A stretch of 64,000 nucleotides of DNA from Clostridiales bacterium (lineage in GTDB: Bacteria > Bacillota > Clostridia > Oscillospirales > CAG-272): NCBI GenBank assembly GCA_003150035.1, contig QALR01000018.1, positions 101,259 to 165,258 on the forward strand. Direction: 5' to 3'. Below the pieces are notes generated by a model, which worked only from the letters and a program-made list of their open reading frames with translations, was not told the DNA's origin and made no database searches. Below, one piece after another: positions 26,270 to 34,455 of this stretch. A program made the translations under genes and the position numbers. The stretch's first letter is position 1. The number at the start of each line of letters is the position of its first letter.

Positions 26270-28438
26270 ATTTCACGCAAGGTTTTATTCGTCGCGACCG
26301 TCGCGGCAGGACATATCACGGCGTTCCATCTGCCGTATCTGAAATGGTTTCAGGAAGAGGGCTTTGAAACGCACGTGGCGGCGGCGGACGACCGGGCAGG
26401 CCGTCCGCTTCCGTTTTGCGACGTTTTTCATGCCTTTCCTTTTCGCCGCAATCCCTTTTCTCCCTGTAATCTCCGCCCGTACCTTGCCCTAAAACGGCTC
26501 CTTGCGCGTGAACACTTCGACATCATCCATTGCCATACACTGACCGGCGGGATTCTTGCGCGTCTTGCCGCAAGAAAGAGCAGAAAGCACGGCACCAAGG
26601 TGATCTATACCGCGCATGGATTTGCTTTTTACAGGGGCGCCCCTCTATGGCGTAGAGTCTTTGGACTCTCAGAAAGCCTGTGCGCGAGGTGGACCGACGT
26701 TCTTATCACCATCAATCGCGAGGATACCTGCTTTGCGGCGCGCGCTCTGCATCCTCGGCGCGCGGAATATGTTCCCGGCGTCGGCGTTGACATGACCCGG
26801 TACGCACATAAGGAAAGCCTCCGCGAAAAAACGAGGAGTGCGCTCGGACTTTCTGAAAACACGCTGATGCTTCTTAGCGTCGGAAGGCTCGACAGGAATA
26901 AAAACCAGAAAACGATGCTCCGCGCCCTTTCCGCGCTGCAAAAAGATCATCCGGGAAAAGACGTCCGTCTTTTCCTCGCGGGCGAGGGCGGACAACACAG
27001 AAAGCTTAAACGGCTCGCTCGAAAATTGCATATCGAAAAAAACATACATTTTCTCGGATACCGGGATGATGTCCCGGCGCTTCTCTGTGCCGCCGACATA
27101 TTTTGTCACCTCTCCCGAACGGAAGGGCTTCCTCGCGCCGTCATGGAAGCGATGGCGGCGTCACTGCCCGTTATCGCCTCAGATGTCCGCGGCTGTCGGG
27201 ACCTTGTCACAGAGGACGGTGGCTTTCTTGTCGGGGCGACCGATGTGCGCGCCGCGGCGCGTGCTCTTTCCGCACTCGTGGAAAACGAAGAGCTTCGCCG
27301 GCGCATGGGAGAGGCAAACCGCCGGCAAGTCTCGAATTTTTCCCTTGAAACGGTATTTCCCATGATGACGAAGCTTTACCGCTGCGCCCTGCGACGGGAG
27401 CTGCGCGTGCTTCATGTTTTGGCAAGCAGCCGTTTTTTCGGCGCAGAGCATGTTGTCGCGGATATCATAGAAAGCTTTCGGGAAGAACCGGATATCCAGA
27501 TGGCATACGCTAGCCCGAACGGAGAGGTCGCGTCGGCGCTCGCCGCCCGGGAAATCCCCTTTCACCCGCTGAAAAGGCTGACGCCGAAAGCTTTGAAAAA
27601 AGCGGCCGCCGCCTATCGGGCAGACATCCTTCACGCGCATGACGTAAGGGCAACCGTGGTCTGCTCTCTGCTTGCCGGACGGTACAAAATCCTCTCCACG
27701 GTTCATGTCAATCATCCCCGCATGCGAAAGAAAGGCCTTCGGGCATGGCTTTATCGCACAGCGGCAAGGCGGTCCTCTAAGATTTTTTGGGTAAGCCGCA
27801 CGGCGATGACACAGTTCGCGTTCGTCGATGCCCTGTGCGATAAAAGCGAATATCTGCCCAGCATTATAAACGTCGCCCGTCTCCGAAAGACGGCGCTTGA
27901 CGACGCCGGCGCTCCGATTTTCGATGCCGTCTATCTTGGAAGACTCGAACCGCAGAAAGATCCTTTTCGGCTCCTGCGGATTTTCGCCGGCGTTCTGCGG
28001 CGCTGCCCGAACGCAAGGCTTGCCGTCGTCGGTTCCGGCAGTATGGAAAGCGCCCTTCGGGGATATATGGAAAGTCTCGGGATATCCTCTCATGTCAGCT
28101 TTCTCGGATATCGGGAAAATCCGTATGGGATTCTCTCGCACGCGCGCGTCATGCTGATGTGCTCTCGCTTCGAGGGAACTCCGATGTGTGCACTGGAAGC
28201 CTTAGCGCTCGGCGTTCCTGTCGTCGCGACAAAGACGGACGGACTTTGCGAATCGGTGGAGGACGGGATGACCGGCTTCCTGTCGGATGACGACGAGGTG
28301 CTGAGCGCCCGTGCTGCGGCGTTGATATCCGACAACACGCTTTACGAAAAGCTGCACGCCGGGGCATTGCGGCACGCAGAAAAAGCCTTTGATGCAGACG
28401 CTTATCGTTTGCGGCTTCGAGAGGCGTATTTTTCTTGA
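26270..28438 (+). CDS. Tandem glycosyltransferase family 4 (GT4-GT4) fusion protein; probable ATT start
   Basis: There are two complete GT-B/GT4 units, each with an E..G.P..EA(M/L)A motif. The conserved N-terminus KVLFVATVAAGHITAFHLPYLKWF lies upstream of the first canonical start (GTG 26375). AGGAGG at 26257..26262 is 7 nt before ATT 26270. Confidence 0.75.
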   Translation: MSRKVLFVATVAAGHITAFHLPYLKWFQEEGFETHVAAADDRAGRPLPFCDVFHAFPFRRNPFSPCNLRPYLALKRLLAREHFDIIHCHTLTGGILARLAARKSRKHGTKVIYTAHGFAFYRGAPLWRRVFGLSESLCARWTDVLITINREDTCFAARALHPRRAEYVPGVGVDMTRYAHKESLREKTRSALGLSENTLMLLSVGRLDRNKNQKTMLRALSALQKDHPGKDVRLFLAGEGGQHRKLKRLARKLHIEKNIHFLGYRDDVPALLCAADIFCHLSRTEGLPRAVMEAMAASLPVIASDVRGCRDLVTEDGGFLVGATDVRAAARALSALVENEELRRRMGEANRRQVSNFSLETVFPMMTKLYRCALRRELRVLHVLASSRFFGAEHVVADIIESFREEPDIQMAYASPNGEVASALAAREIPFHPLKRLTPKALKKAAAAYRADILHAHDVRATVVCSLLAGRYKILSTVHVNHPRMRKKGLRAWLYRTAARRSSKIFWVSRTAMTQFAFVDALCDKSEYLPSIINVARLRKTALDDAGAPIFDAVYLGRLEPQKDPFRLLRIFAGVLRRCPNARLAVVGSGSMESALRGYMESLGISSHVSFLGYRENPYGILSHARVMLMCSRFEGTPMCALEALALGVPVVATKTDGLCESVEDGMTGFLSDDDEVLSARAAALISDNTLYEKLHAGALRHAEKAFDADAYRLRLREAYFS

Positions 28439-28463
28439 CAAACCGCGCGCTTTGGTGCATAAT
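28435..28463 (+). promoter_or_regulatory. Sigma-A promoter of ogg
   Basis: TTGACA (28435..28440, overlapping the GT stop codon), 17 nt, CATAAT (28458..28463). Confidence 0.6.
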
Positions 28464-28492
28464 GAAATGGAGATGAAAAAGGAGAAAGGTTT

Positions 28493-29380
28493 ATGGAAGA
28501 ACCCGTCGTCCGTGAATATTTCGACGCCTGCCGGAAGATGCCGGCGGTCGAGCTGTTTCACGTCGACTCCTTCGATGCCCGCCAAATTTTTGAGTGTGGT
28601 CAGTGCTTCCGCTTTGACCGGACGCCGGACGGCAGCTTCGAAGGCGTTGCGAAAGGAAAATATCTGCGTGTCAGCCAACCGGAACAGAACCGCGTTTTGC
28701 TTATCGGTGCGACTCTTTCCGATTATGAAACGGTATGGCGGGATTTTTTCGCCTTCGACGAGGATTACCATGCTATCCAGACCGATATCTATCAGCACTT
28801 TCTGAAATTTGGGGAGGTGATCCGGGAAGCGGTGCAAAATGCCGCCGGTATCCGGATTCTTCGTCAAGACCCGTGGGAGGCCCTCTGTTCCTTTATTCTT
28901 TCGCAAAACAACAACATACCGCGAATCAAAAAAATCATCCGCGCCGTCTCAGAAGGTCTCGGCGAGCCGTTCTCTGCTTTTGGTAAAACCTATTACGCTT
29001 TTCCGACTGCGGAAGCGATTGTCCGTGCCGGCGAAGACGGGCTTGCGCCGTACCGTATGGGCTTTCGCGCCCGGTATCTTCTGGATGCCGCTGAAAAATA
29101 TCAGCGGGGCGAGTTAGATTTCGACGCCCTGCGGACGGCTCCCTATCCGGAAACAGAGGCGCGGCTCATGTCCGTGCTCGGCGTCGGGAAAAAGGTCGCG
29201 TCCTGCACCATGCTCTACGGGCTCCACAGAACCGAGGCGTTTCCCGTGGATGTGTGGATGCGGCGCGTGCTCGACCGATATTATCCGAAGGGGATCGACA
29301 TCCCCTCGCTCGGTCCCTATGCCGGCATTGCTCAGCAATATCTTTTTTATTATGAACGGACCCGGGAAAACGGCGCATAA
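28493..29380 (+). CDS. ogg: 8-oxoguanine DNA glycosylase / AP lyase (Ogg, HhH-GPD superfamily)
   Basis: 295 aa. The HhH-GPD region LGVGKKVASCTMLYGL..AFPVDVW carries the catalytic Lys and Asp context. The N-terminal OGG_N-like domain reads FECGQCFRF. Confidence 0.85.
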   Translation: MEEPVVREYFDACRKMPAVELFHVDSFDARQIFECGQCFRFDRTPDGSFEGVAKGKYLRVSQPEQNRVLLIGATLSDYETVWRDFFAFDEDYHAIQTDIYQHFLKFGEVIREAVQNAAGIRILRQDPWEALCSFILSQNNNIPRIKKIIRAVSEGLGEPFSAFGKTYYAFPTAEAIVRAGEDGLAPYRMGFRARYLLDAAEKYQRGELDFDALRTAPYPETEARLMSVLGVGKKVASCTMLYGLHRTEAFPVDVWMRRVLDRYYPKGIDIPSLGPYAGIAQQYLFYYERTRENGA

Positions 29381-29415
29381 AGCGTTCGGGTTCCGCATCG
29401 TTACGGAGGAAATTT

Positions 29416-30078
29416 ATGATCCTGCAACCGAAGGATACCACCCTTGCCTACCGTTGTCCGGAATGCGGAACAACGGTCATGAGCGTCGTCGGCGCGCTCG
29501 CGCTTTCCGGAGATGTCATCAAGCTCAAATGCAGCTGCGGATGCTCAGAGCTAATCCTGGAAAACACAAGCGACGATAAAATCCGGCTGACGGTTCCCTG
29601 CGTATTCTGCCCGTCGCCGCACCGGTATCTTGTCTCGCGCCGACTTCTCACTACCCGTGAGCTTTTCACGTTCCCCTGTGCCTATTCCGGCATCGATATT
29701 CTGTTTATCGGTACAAAAGGCGCCGTTCTGAAGGCGGTAGAGGAATCTGACAAAGAACTGGAAGAACTGATTGACGAAACAGAAATGTCAGGGATTCATG
29801 ATGAAAATGAGAGGGGCGGGTCATACGGAGACGAGCATGTCCGAGACATGATTCTTTTCACACTCGGCGAGCTTTCCGAAGAAGGAAAAATTTCCTGCGG
29901 ATGCCCGGACGGCACCGGGGACTTCCTCATCGAGTCAAGGCAGGATAGTGTAGTCATCTCCTGCAAAAACTGCGGCAGGAAAAAGGAAATTTCCTGCGCG
30001 GGACATTCGCTGGATGCGCAAATGCTTTTCGACTGCGACAGTCTGTATCTGGAAGAAACCCCAGAGCAAAAAAATTGA
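29416..30078 (+). CDS. Hypothetical Cys-rich protein (two zinc-ribbon-like modules)
   Basis: 220 aa. CPECG..CSCGC..CVFCP in the N-half and CGCPDG..CKNCG..C in the C-half, separated by an acidic linker. GGAGGAAA SD. Confidence 0.65.
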   Translation: MILQPKDTTLAYRCPECGTTVMSVVGALALSGDVIKLKCSCGCSELILENTSDDKIRLTVPCVFCPSPHRYLVSRRLLTTRELFTFPCAYSGIDILFIGTKGAVLKAVEESDKELEELIDETEMSGIHDENERGGSYGDEHVRDMILFTLGELSEEGKISCGCPDGTGDFLIESRQDSVVISCKNCGRKKEISCAGHSLDAQMLFDCDSLYLEETPEQKN

Positions 30079-30157
30079 GTTTCCTTGTCAGACATTTTGC
30101 CGCTTGCCGGCAAAATTCCAATAAATTTATTCAAATTATATTTCGGAGGATATTCAC

Positions 30158-31180
30158 ATGAGCAAAATCGTATGCTTCGGCGAGCTGATGCTCCGCCTCA
30201 ATCCGGAGGGCTATCTCCGCTTTGAACAGGCAAAGGACTTTGAAGTAAGCTTCGGAGGAGGCGAGGCGAACGTCGCCGTATCGCTCGCCCATTTCGGCAT
30301 GGACGCTGCCTTCGTATCCAAATTCCCGTCGCACGCCATCGGAGAAATGGCCGTTCGTTCTCTGCGTGTCGAGGGTGTCTCCACCGACAAAATTGTACGC
30401 GGGGGAGAACGCCTTGGCATTTATTTTATCGAAAAGGGAGCCTCCCAACGTCCCTCCAAGGTCATCTATGACCGAAAATATTCCTCCATCGGCATGGCGG
30501 AGCGTTCCGACTTCGATTGGGAGACTATCCTTGACGGGGCAGAATGGTTCCATTTCACCGGCATCACACCGGCTCTGGGCGACAATGTGGCGGATATCAC
30601 GCTCGACGCCCTGAAGGTTTGCAAAGCAAAAGGGATCAAGGTCAGCTGCGACCTCAATTTCCGCAAAAAGCTCTGGTCGAGCGAAAAAGCGGGCAAGGTC
30701 ATGACCGAGCTTTGCGGGTACGTCGACGTCTGCATCGCCAATGAAGAAGATGCCGAAAGGATATTCGGTGTAAAACCGGATGCCAACGACGTGGAAGGCG
30801 GCAAGCTCAACCGCGCCGGCTATGTCGACGTGGCAAAGAAGCTCACCGATCGATTTGGCTTTGAGAAGGTCGCCATCACCCTGCGCGAAAGCATTTCCGC
30901 CTCTGACAACAACTGGGCGGCGATGCTGTATGCAGACGGAAATGCCTATTTCTCCAAGACCTATGCCGTGCATATCGTCGACCGCGTGGGCGGAGGAGAC
31001 TCGTTCGGCGCCGGACTGATTTACGCATTGCTCTGCGGTTATGAAAATCAAAAAGCCATCGAATTTGCCGTGGCGGCGTCCTGCCTCAAGCATTCCATCG
31101 AGACGGACTTCAATTATGTCTCCGTGGATGAAGTGACGACCCTCATGAACGGGGACGGCTCCGGCAGAGTGCAAAGATAA
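30158..31180 (+). CDS. kdgK: 2-dehydro-3-deoxygluconokinase (PfkB family)
   Basis: 340 aa. FGGGEANVA N-terminal motif and the VDRVGGGDSFGAG PfkB signature. Confidence 0.9.
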   Translation: MSKIVCFGELMLRLNPEGYLRFEQAKDFEVSFGGGEANVAVSLAHFGMDAAFVSKFPSHAIGEMAVRSLRVEGVSTDKIVRGGERLGIYFIEKGASQRPSKVIYDRKYSSIGMAERSDFDWETILDGAEWFHFTGITPALGDNVADITLDALKVCKAKGIKVSCDLNFRKKLWSSEKAGKVMTELCGYVDVCIANEEDAERIFGVKPDANDVEGGKLNRAGYVDVAKKLTDRFGFEKVAITLRESISASDNNWAAMLYADGNAYFSKTYAVHIVDRVGGGDSFGAGLIYALLCGYENQKAIEFAVAASCLKHSIETDFNYVSVDEVTTLMNGDGSGRVQR

Positions 31181-31189
31181 CCACGATAA

Positions 31190-31224
31190 AGCCGCCGTAC
31201 CGATACAGCACGACGGCTTTTTTC
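31190..31224 (+). terminator. Intrinsic terminator after kdgK
   Basis: AGCCGCCGT-(11 nt)-ACGACGGCTTTTTT. Confidence 0.75.
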
Positions 31225-31308
31225 GGTCTGCCGTTGCCGCGCCGCCGGACAGCGGGGAAAATAGCCCCTTCTCAAGATGCGTAAACCCACAAAGCGGAGT
31301 ATTTGGTC

Positions 31309-31896
31309 ATGTTAGAAAACGATTGGAAGCTGCGACGCGACGGGCCTCTCCTGCGAGACGCCCTCTGTGAATTTTTCGAATGCCGATATGGAAAAATTCG
31401 TTTTTTAGAAGAAAAAAACATCGGAAAAGTACGTGCCGACATGCTCGCTGTCCTGCCGGACGGTCTTCTCGGCATCGAAATCAAAAGCCACAGCGACGGC
31501 TATGAGCGTCTGAAAAAGCAGACCCAGGGGTATGACACCTTTTGCAACCTGAATTTTTTGTGCGTCGGCAGCATCCATATCCGCGCCGCCGAACACGTGC
31601 CGTCCCATTGGGGAATTCTTTCGATGACCGTGCGGGAAGGCGTTCGGTTTGAGGTTTTACGGGAACCGGTGGAAAATCCGAACTGCAAGCTCATGCGGCA
31701 AACAGAGCTTTTATGGCGCGGTGAGCTCGCGGCCATTCTAAAGTCGCAAAATCTGCCTCGGTACGAGGGAAAAAGCAAGAAATTCATTTGCACAAAGCTA
31801 TGCGAAAAGCTGCCGCCCGATATTCTGCGACCGCTTATCTGCGACCGGCTGTTTGAGCGCGACTATACACGCTATCGGGATAGCGACCCCATGTAA
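31309..31896 (+). CDS. PD-(D/E)xK nuclease-fold protein (MmcB / sce7726-like)
   Basis: About 195 aa. D44-x12-E57-I-K59 (RADMLAV...GIEIKS) fits a PD-(D/E)xK core. ATG 31309 is 9 nt after GGAG; TTG 31303 is an alternative start. Confidence 0.6.
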   Translation: MLENDWKLRRDGPLLRDALCEFFECRYGKIRFLEEKNIGKVRADMLAVLPDGLLGIEIKSHSDGYERLKKQTQGYDTFCNLNFLCVGSIHIRAAEHVPSHWGILSMTVREGVRFEVLREPVENPNCKLMRQTELLWRGELAAILKSQNLPRYEGKSKKFICTKLCEKLPPDILRPLICDRLFERDYTRYRDSDPM

Positions 31897-31919
31897 TATT
31901 CACCGAAAACGGAGGAAAT

Positions 31920-32837
31920 ATGAGAGAGAAAATTCTGGAAACGACAGGGCTTTGCAAATCCTACGGCGACATCAAAGCGGTGCGGGGACTTGATTTCTAT
32001 GTGGAAGCAGGACAGCTTTTCGCTTTTCTCGGTCCGAACGGCGCCGGCAAGTCCACCACCATTGACATTCTCACCACGCTGCGTGAACCGGATGCCGGAG
32101 AAACAACCGTCGGCGGATATCGGCTAGGCACGGAAAACGACCGCATTCGGGGGATTCTCGGTGCTGTCTTTCAAGAGGGCGTGCTCGACGGACTTTTGAA
32201 CGTAGAAGACAATCTGAAAATCCGCGGCAGCTTCTATTCCATGAGAGGCAGGGCGCTTGAGGCGGCGGTCGCTCACACGGCGAAAATCACCGGCATCGAG
32301 GAGCTCTTACGGCGGCCGTATGGGAAGCTGTCCGGCGGACAGCGTCGCCGCTGTGATATTGCCCGCGCGCTCATTCACACACCGAAAATTCTGTTTCTAG
32401 ACGAACCGACGACGGGTCTTGACCCGCAGACACGGCGCATGATCTGGCAGACCATAGAGGATATCCGCAAGCAAACCGGCATGACCGTTTTTTTCTCGAC
32501 CCATTACATGGAGGAGGCGGCGGTGGCGGACTATGTCGTTGTCATCGACCACGGAAAAATCTCCGCCAAGGGAACACCGTCCGAGTTCAAAGAGCGCTAT
32601 GCAAAAGACAGGCTGATTTTATCCGCCGGGAATCCGGAAGCGCTCTCTGTCTTACTCACACGGCATGGAATTTCATGCCGGACTTCCTCCGGCGCCGTCT
32701 CGGTCGAGCTTGCCTCAACGCTCGACGCTCTGCCGATTCTCGATCTTTGCCGGAATGAGATTTCCGGCGTGGAAATTATGAAGGGAACCATGGACGACGC
32801 CTTTCTCGCCGTCACCGGAAAGGAGCTTCGGGAATGA
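31920..32837 (+). CDS. ABC transporter ATP-binding protein (DrrA-like)
   Basis: Walker A GPNGAGKST, signature LSGGQRRR, Walker B ILFLDEPT. Confidence 0.93.
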   Translation: MREKILETTGLCKSYGDIKAVRGLDFYVEAGQLFAFLGPNGAGKSTTIDILTTLREPDAGETTVGGYRLGTENDRIRGILGAVFQEGVLDGLLNVEDNLKIRGSFYSMRGRALEAAVAHTAKITGIEELLRRPYGKLSGGQRRRCDIARALIHTPKILFLDEPTTGLDPQTRRMIWQTIEDIRKQTGMTVFFSTHYMEEAAVADYVVVIDHGKISAKGTPSEFKERYAKDRLILSAGNPEALSVLLTRHGISCRTSSGAVSVELASTLDALPILDLCRNEISGVEIMKGTMDDAFLAVTGKELRE

Positions 32838-33694
32838 TATCGTTTTCTCTGCGCAACTTAAAGTTATTTTTCAAGGACAAAGCCGCCGTCTTCTTCTCCC
32901 TGCTTGCCGTTTTCATTATCATCGGACTGTATGCGCTCTTTCTCGGCGACGTATGGACAGACAGCTTTTCTGATGTACCGGGGGCACGCGAGCTTATGGA
33001 TACCTGGATGGTAGCAGGGCTTCTCGCTGTCACCTCTGTCACAACAACCATGGGCGCCTACGGCATTATGATCGACGACAAATCCAAAAAAATTGAGCGA
33101 GATTTTATTGCCTCTCCCGTGAAGAGACGTTCTCTGCTCGGCGGATATATGGCAAGCGCCGTCGTTATCGGCATTGTCATGAGCTTTATCACCCTGATTC
33201 TCGCCGAAGTCTATCTTCTGGCGGGCGGCGGCACGCTGCCGTCGATATCGGTCCTGCTGGAAACGACAGGGCTTATTCTCCTTTCCACCGTCGCAAACTC
33301 CGCCATGGTACTCTTTCTCGTTTCCTTTTTTCAGAGCAGCAATGCCTTTGCTACGGCAAGTACCGTCATCGGAACGCTTATCGGTTTCCTGACCGGCATA
33401 TATATTCCGGTCGGCACGCTGCCAGAAGCGGTTCAATTCGTCATCAAATGCTTTCCGACCTCCCACGCGGCAGTGCTGTTTCGTAAGGTTTTAATGGAAC
33501 AGCGGTTGGAAGCATCCTTTGCCGGTGCGCCGGCGGAGACTGCCTCGGAATTCGAGGAGTTTTTGGGCGTCACCTTCCGTTTCGGCGACACGCCCCTCTC
33601 CTCTCTCGCAAGCATAGCGGTCTTGATCGGGACGGCGATCCTCTTCTATGCACTCGCCCTGCTTCTGCTCTCACGAAGAAAAATCCAATCATAA
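32834..33694 (+). CDS. ABC-2 type transporter permease
   Basis: 286 aa with 6 hydrophobic segments. ATGA overlap with the ATPase gene. Confidence 0.85.
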   Translation: MISFSLRNLKLFFKDKAAVFFSLLAVFIIIGLYALFLGDVWTDSFSDVPGARELMDTWMVAGLLAVTSVTTTMGAYGIMIDDKSKKIERDFIASPVKRRSLLGGYMASAVVIGIVMSFITLILAEVYLLAGGGTLPSISVLLETTGLILLSTVANSAMVLFLVSFFQSSNAFATASTVIGTLIGFLTGIYIPVGTLPEAVQFVIKCFPTSHAAVLFRKVLMEQRLEASFAGAPAETASEFEEFLGVTFRFGDTPLSSLASIAVLIGTAILFYALALLLLSRRKIQS

Positions 33695-33716
33695 GCTTTT
33701 CTCACAGCAAAAAAAG

Positions 33717-33745
33717 AAGCGGACCTGTTTTTGCGGGCCCGCTCC
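33717..33745. terminator. Bidirectional terminator between the ABC-2 permease gene and trkA
   Basis: AAAAAAAGAAGCGGACC-tgtttttgc-GGGCCCGCT. The reverse strand reads hairpin then CTTCTTTTTTT. Confidence 0.7.
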
Positions 33746-33764
33746 CTTTTATCAAAACAAACTT

Positions 33765-34412
33765 TTATTTCCCGGACAAGCGGAATACATCCGCCGCCTT
33801 GCCGATGACGACCATATGATCCGAGCCGTCAAACCGATACTCCGCGCCCGGCAAAAGCTTTAAGTCATTGTTGACTTTCATAGCAATGATGTTGATCTTA
33901 TATTTCGCCCGGATATTGATTTCTGAAATCGTCTTTCCCACCCATGCGGCAGGAACCGGAATTTCATAAATGGCATAATCCTTTGTCAGCTCGATATAAT
34001 CAAAAATATTAGAGGCGTTATAGCGAACGGCGAGCTTTTCCGCCATTTCCCGCTCAGGATAGACGACCTCGTCCGCCCCGATCCTTATCAGAAGATCCGC
34101 CTGAATATCCTGCTTTGCCTTGGCAACAACAAATTTTGCCTTAAGCTCCTTGAGCAGGGCGGTAATCACGAGCGAAGACTGGAAATCATCGCCGATTGCC
34201 ACAAAACAGATGTCAAAATGATTAACGCCAAGTGTGCGCAGAACATTCTCATTGGTACAGTCCGCAATTTGAGAATCCGTAAAAACGGTTGAATACTGCT
34301 CAATAACGGCCGCATCCTTATCTACGATCATCACATCGTTGCCAAGCTCAAGCAGTTTTTTGGCAAGATGACGCCCAAATCGTCCCATTCCTATCACAAG
34401 TATAGATTTCAT
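33765..34412 (-). CDS. trkA: K+ uptake system NAD-binding subunit (TrkA/KtrA)
   Basis: 215 aa. VIGMGRFGRHLA Rossmann motif plus a C-terminal RCK_C-like domain. Confidence 0.92.
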   Translation of the reverse strand: MKSILVIGMGRFGRHLAKKLLELGNDVMIVDKDAAVIEQYSTVFTDSQIADCTNENVLRTLGVNHFDICFVAIGDDFQSSLVITALLKELKAKFVVAKAKQDIQADLLIRIGADEVVYPEREMAEKLAVRYNASNIFDYIELTKDYAIYEIPVPAAWVGKTISEINIRAKYKINIIAMKVNNDLKLLPGAEYRFDGSDHMVVIGKAADVFRLSGK

Positions 34413-34455
34413 ATACCGTATAACCTCCGCTTACGCGTTTTTGAATGTTAAAATG

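Noticed and set aside
30131-31174. 347-aa ORF on the - strand.
   Set aside because: It is antisense to kdgK, which has clear PfkB motifs. The ORF has no SD and no recognisable domains, so it is a shadow ORF.
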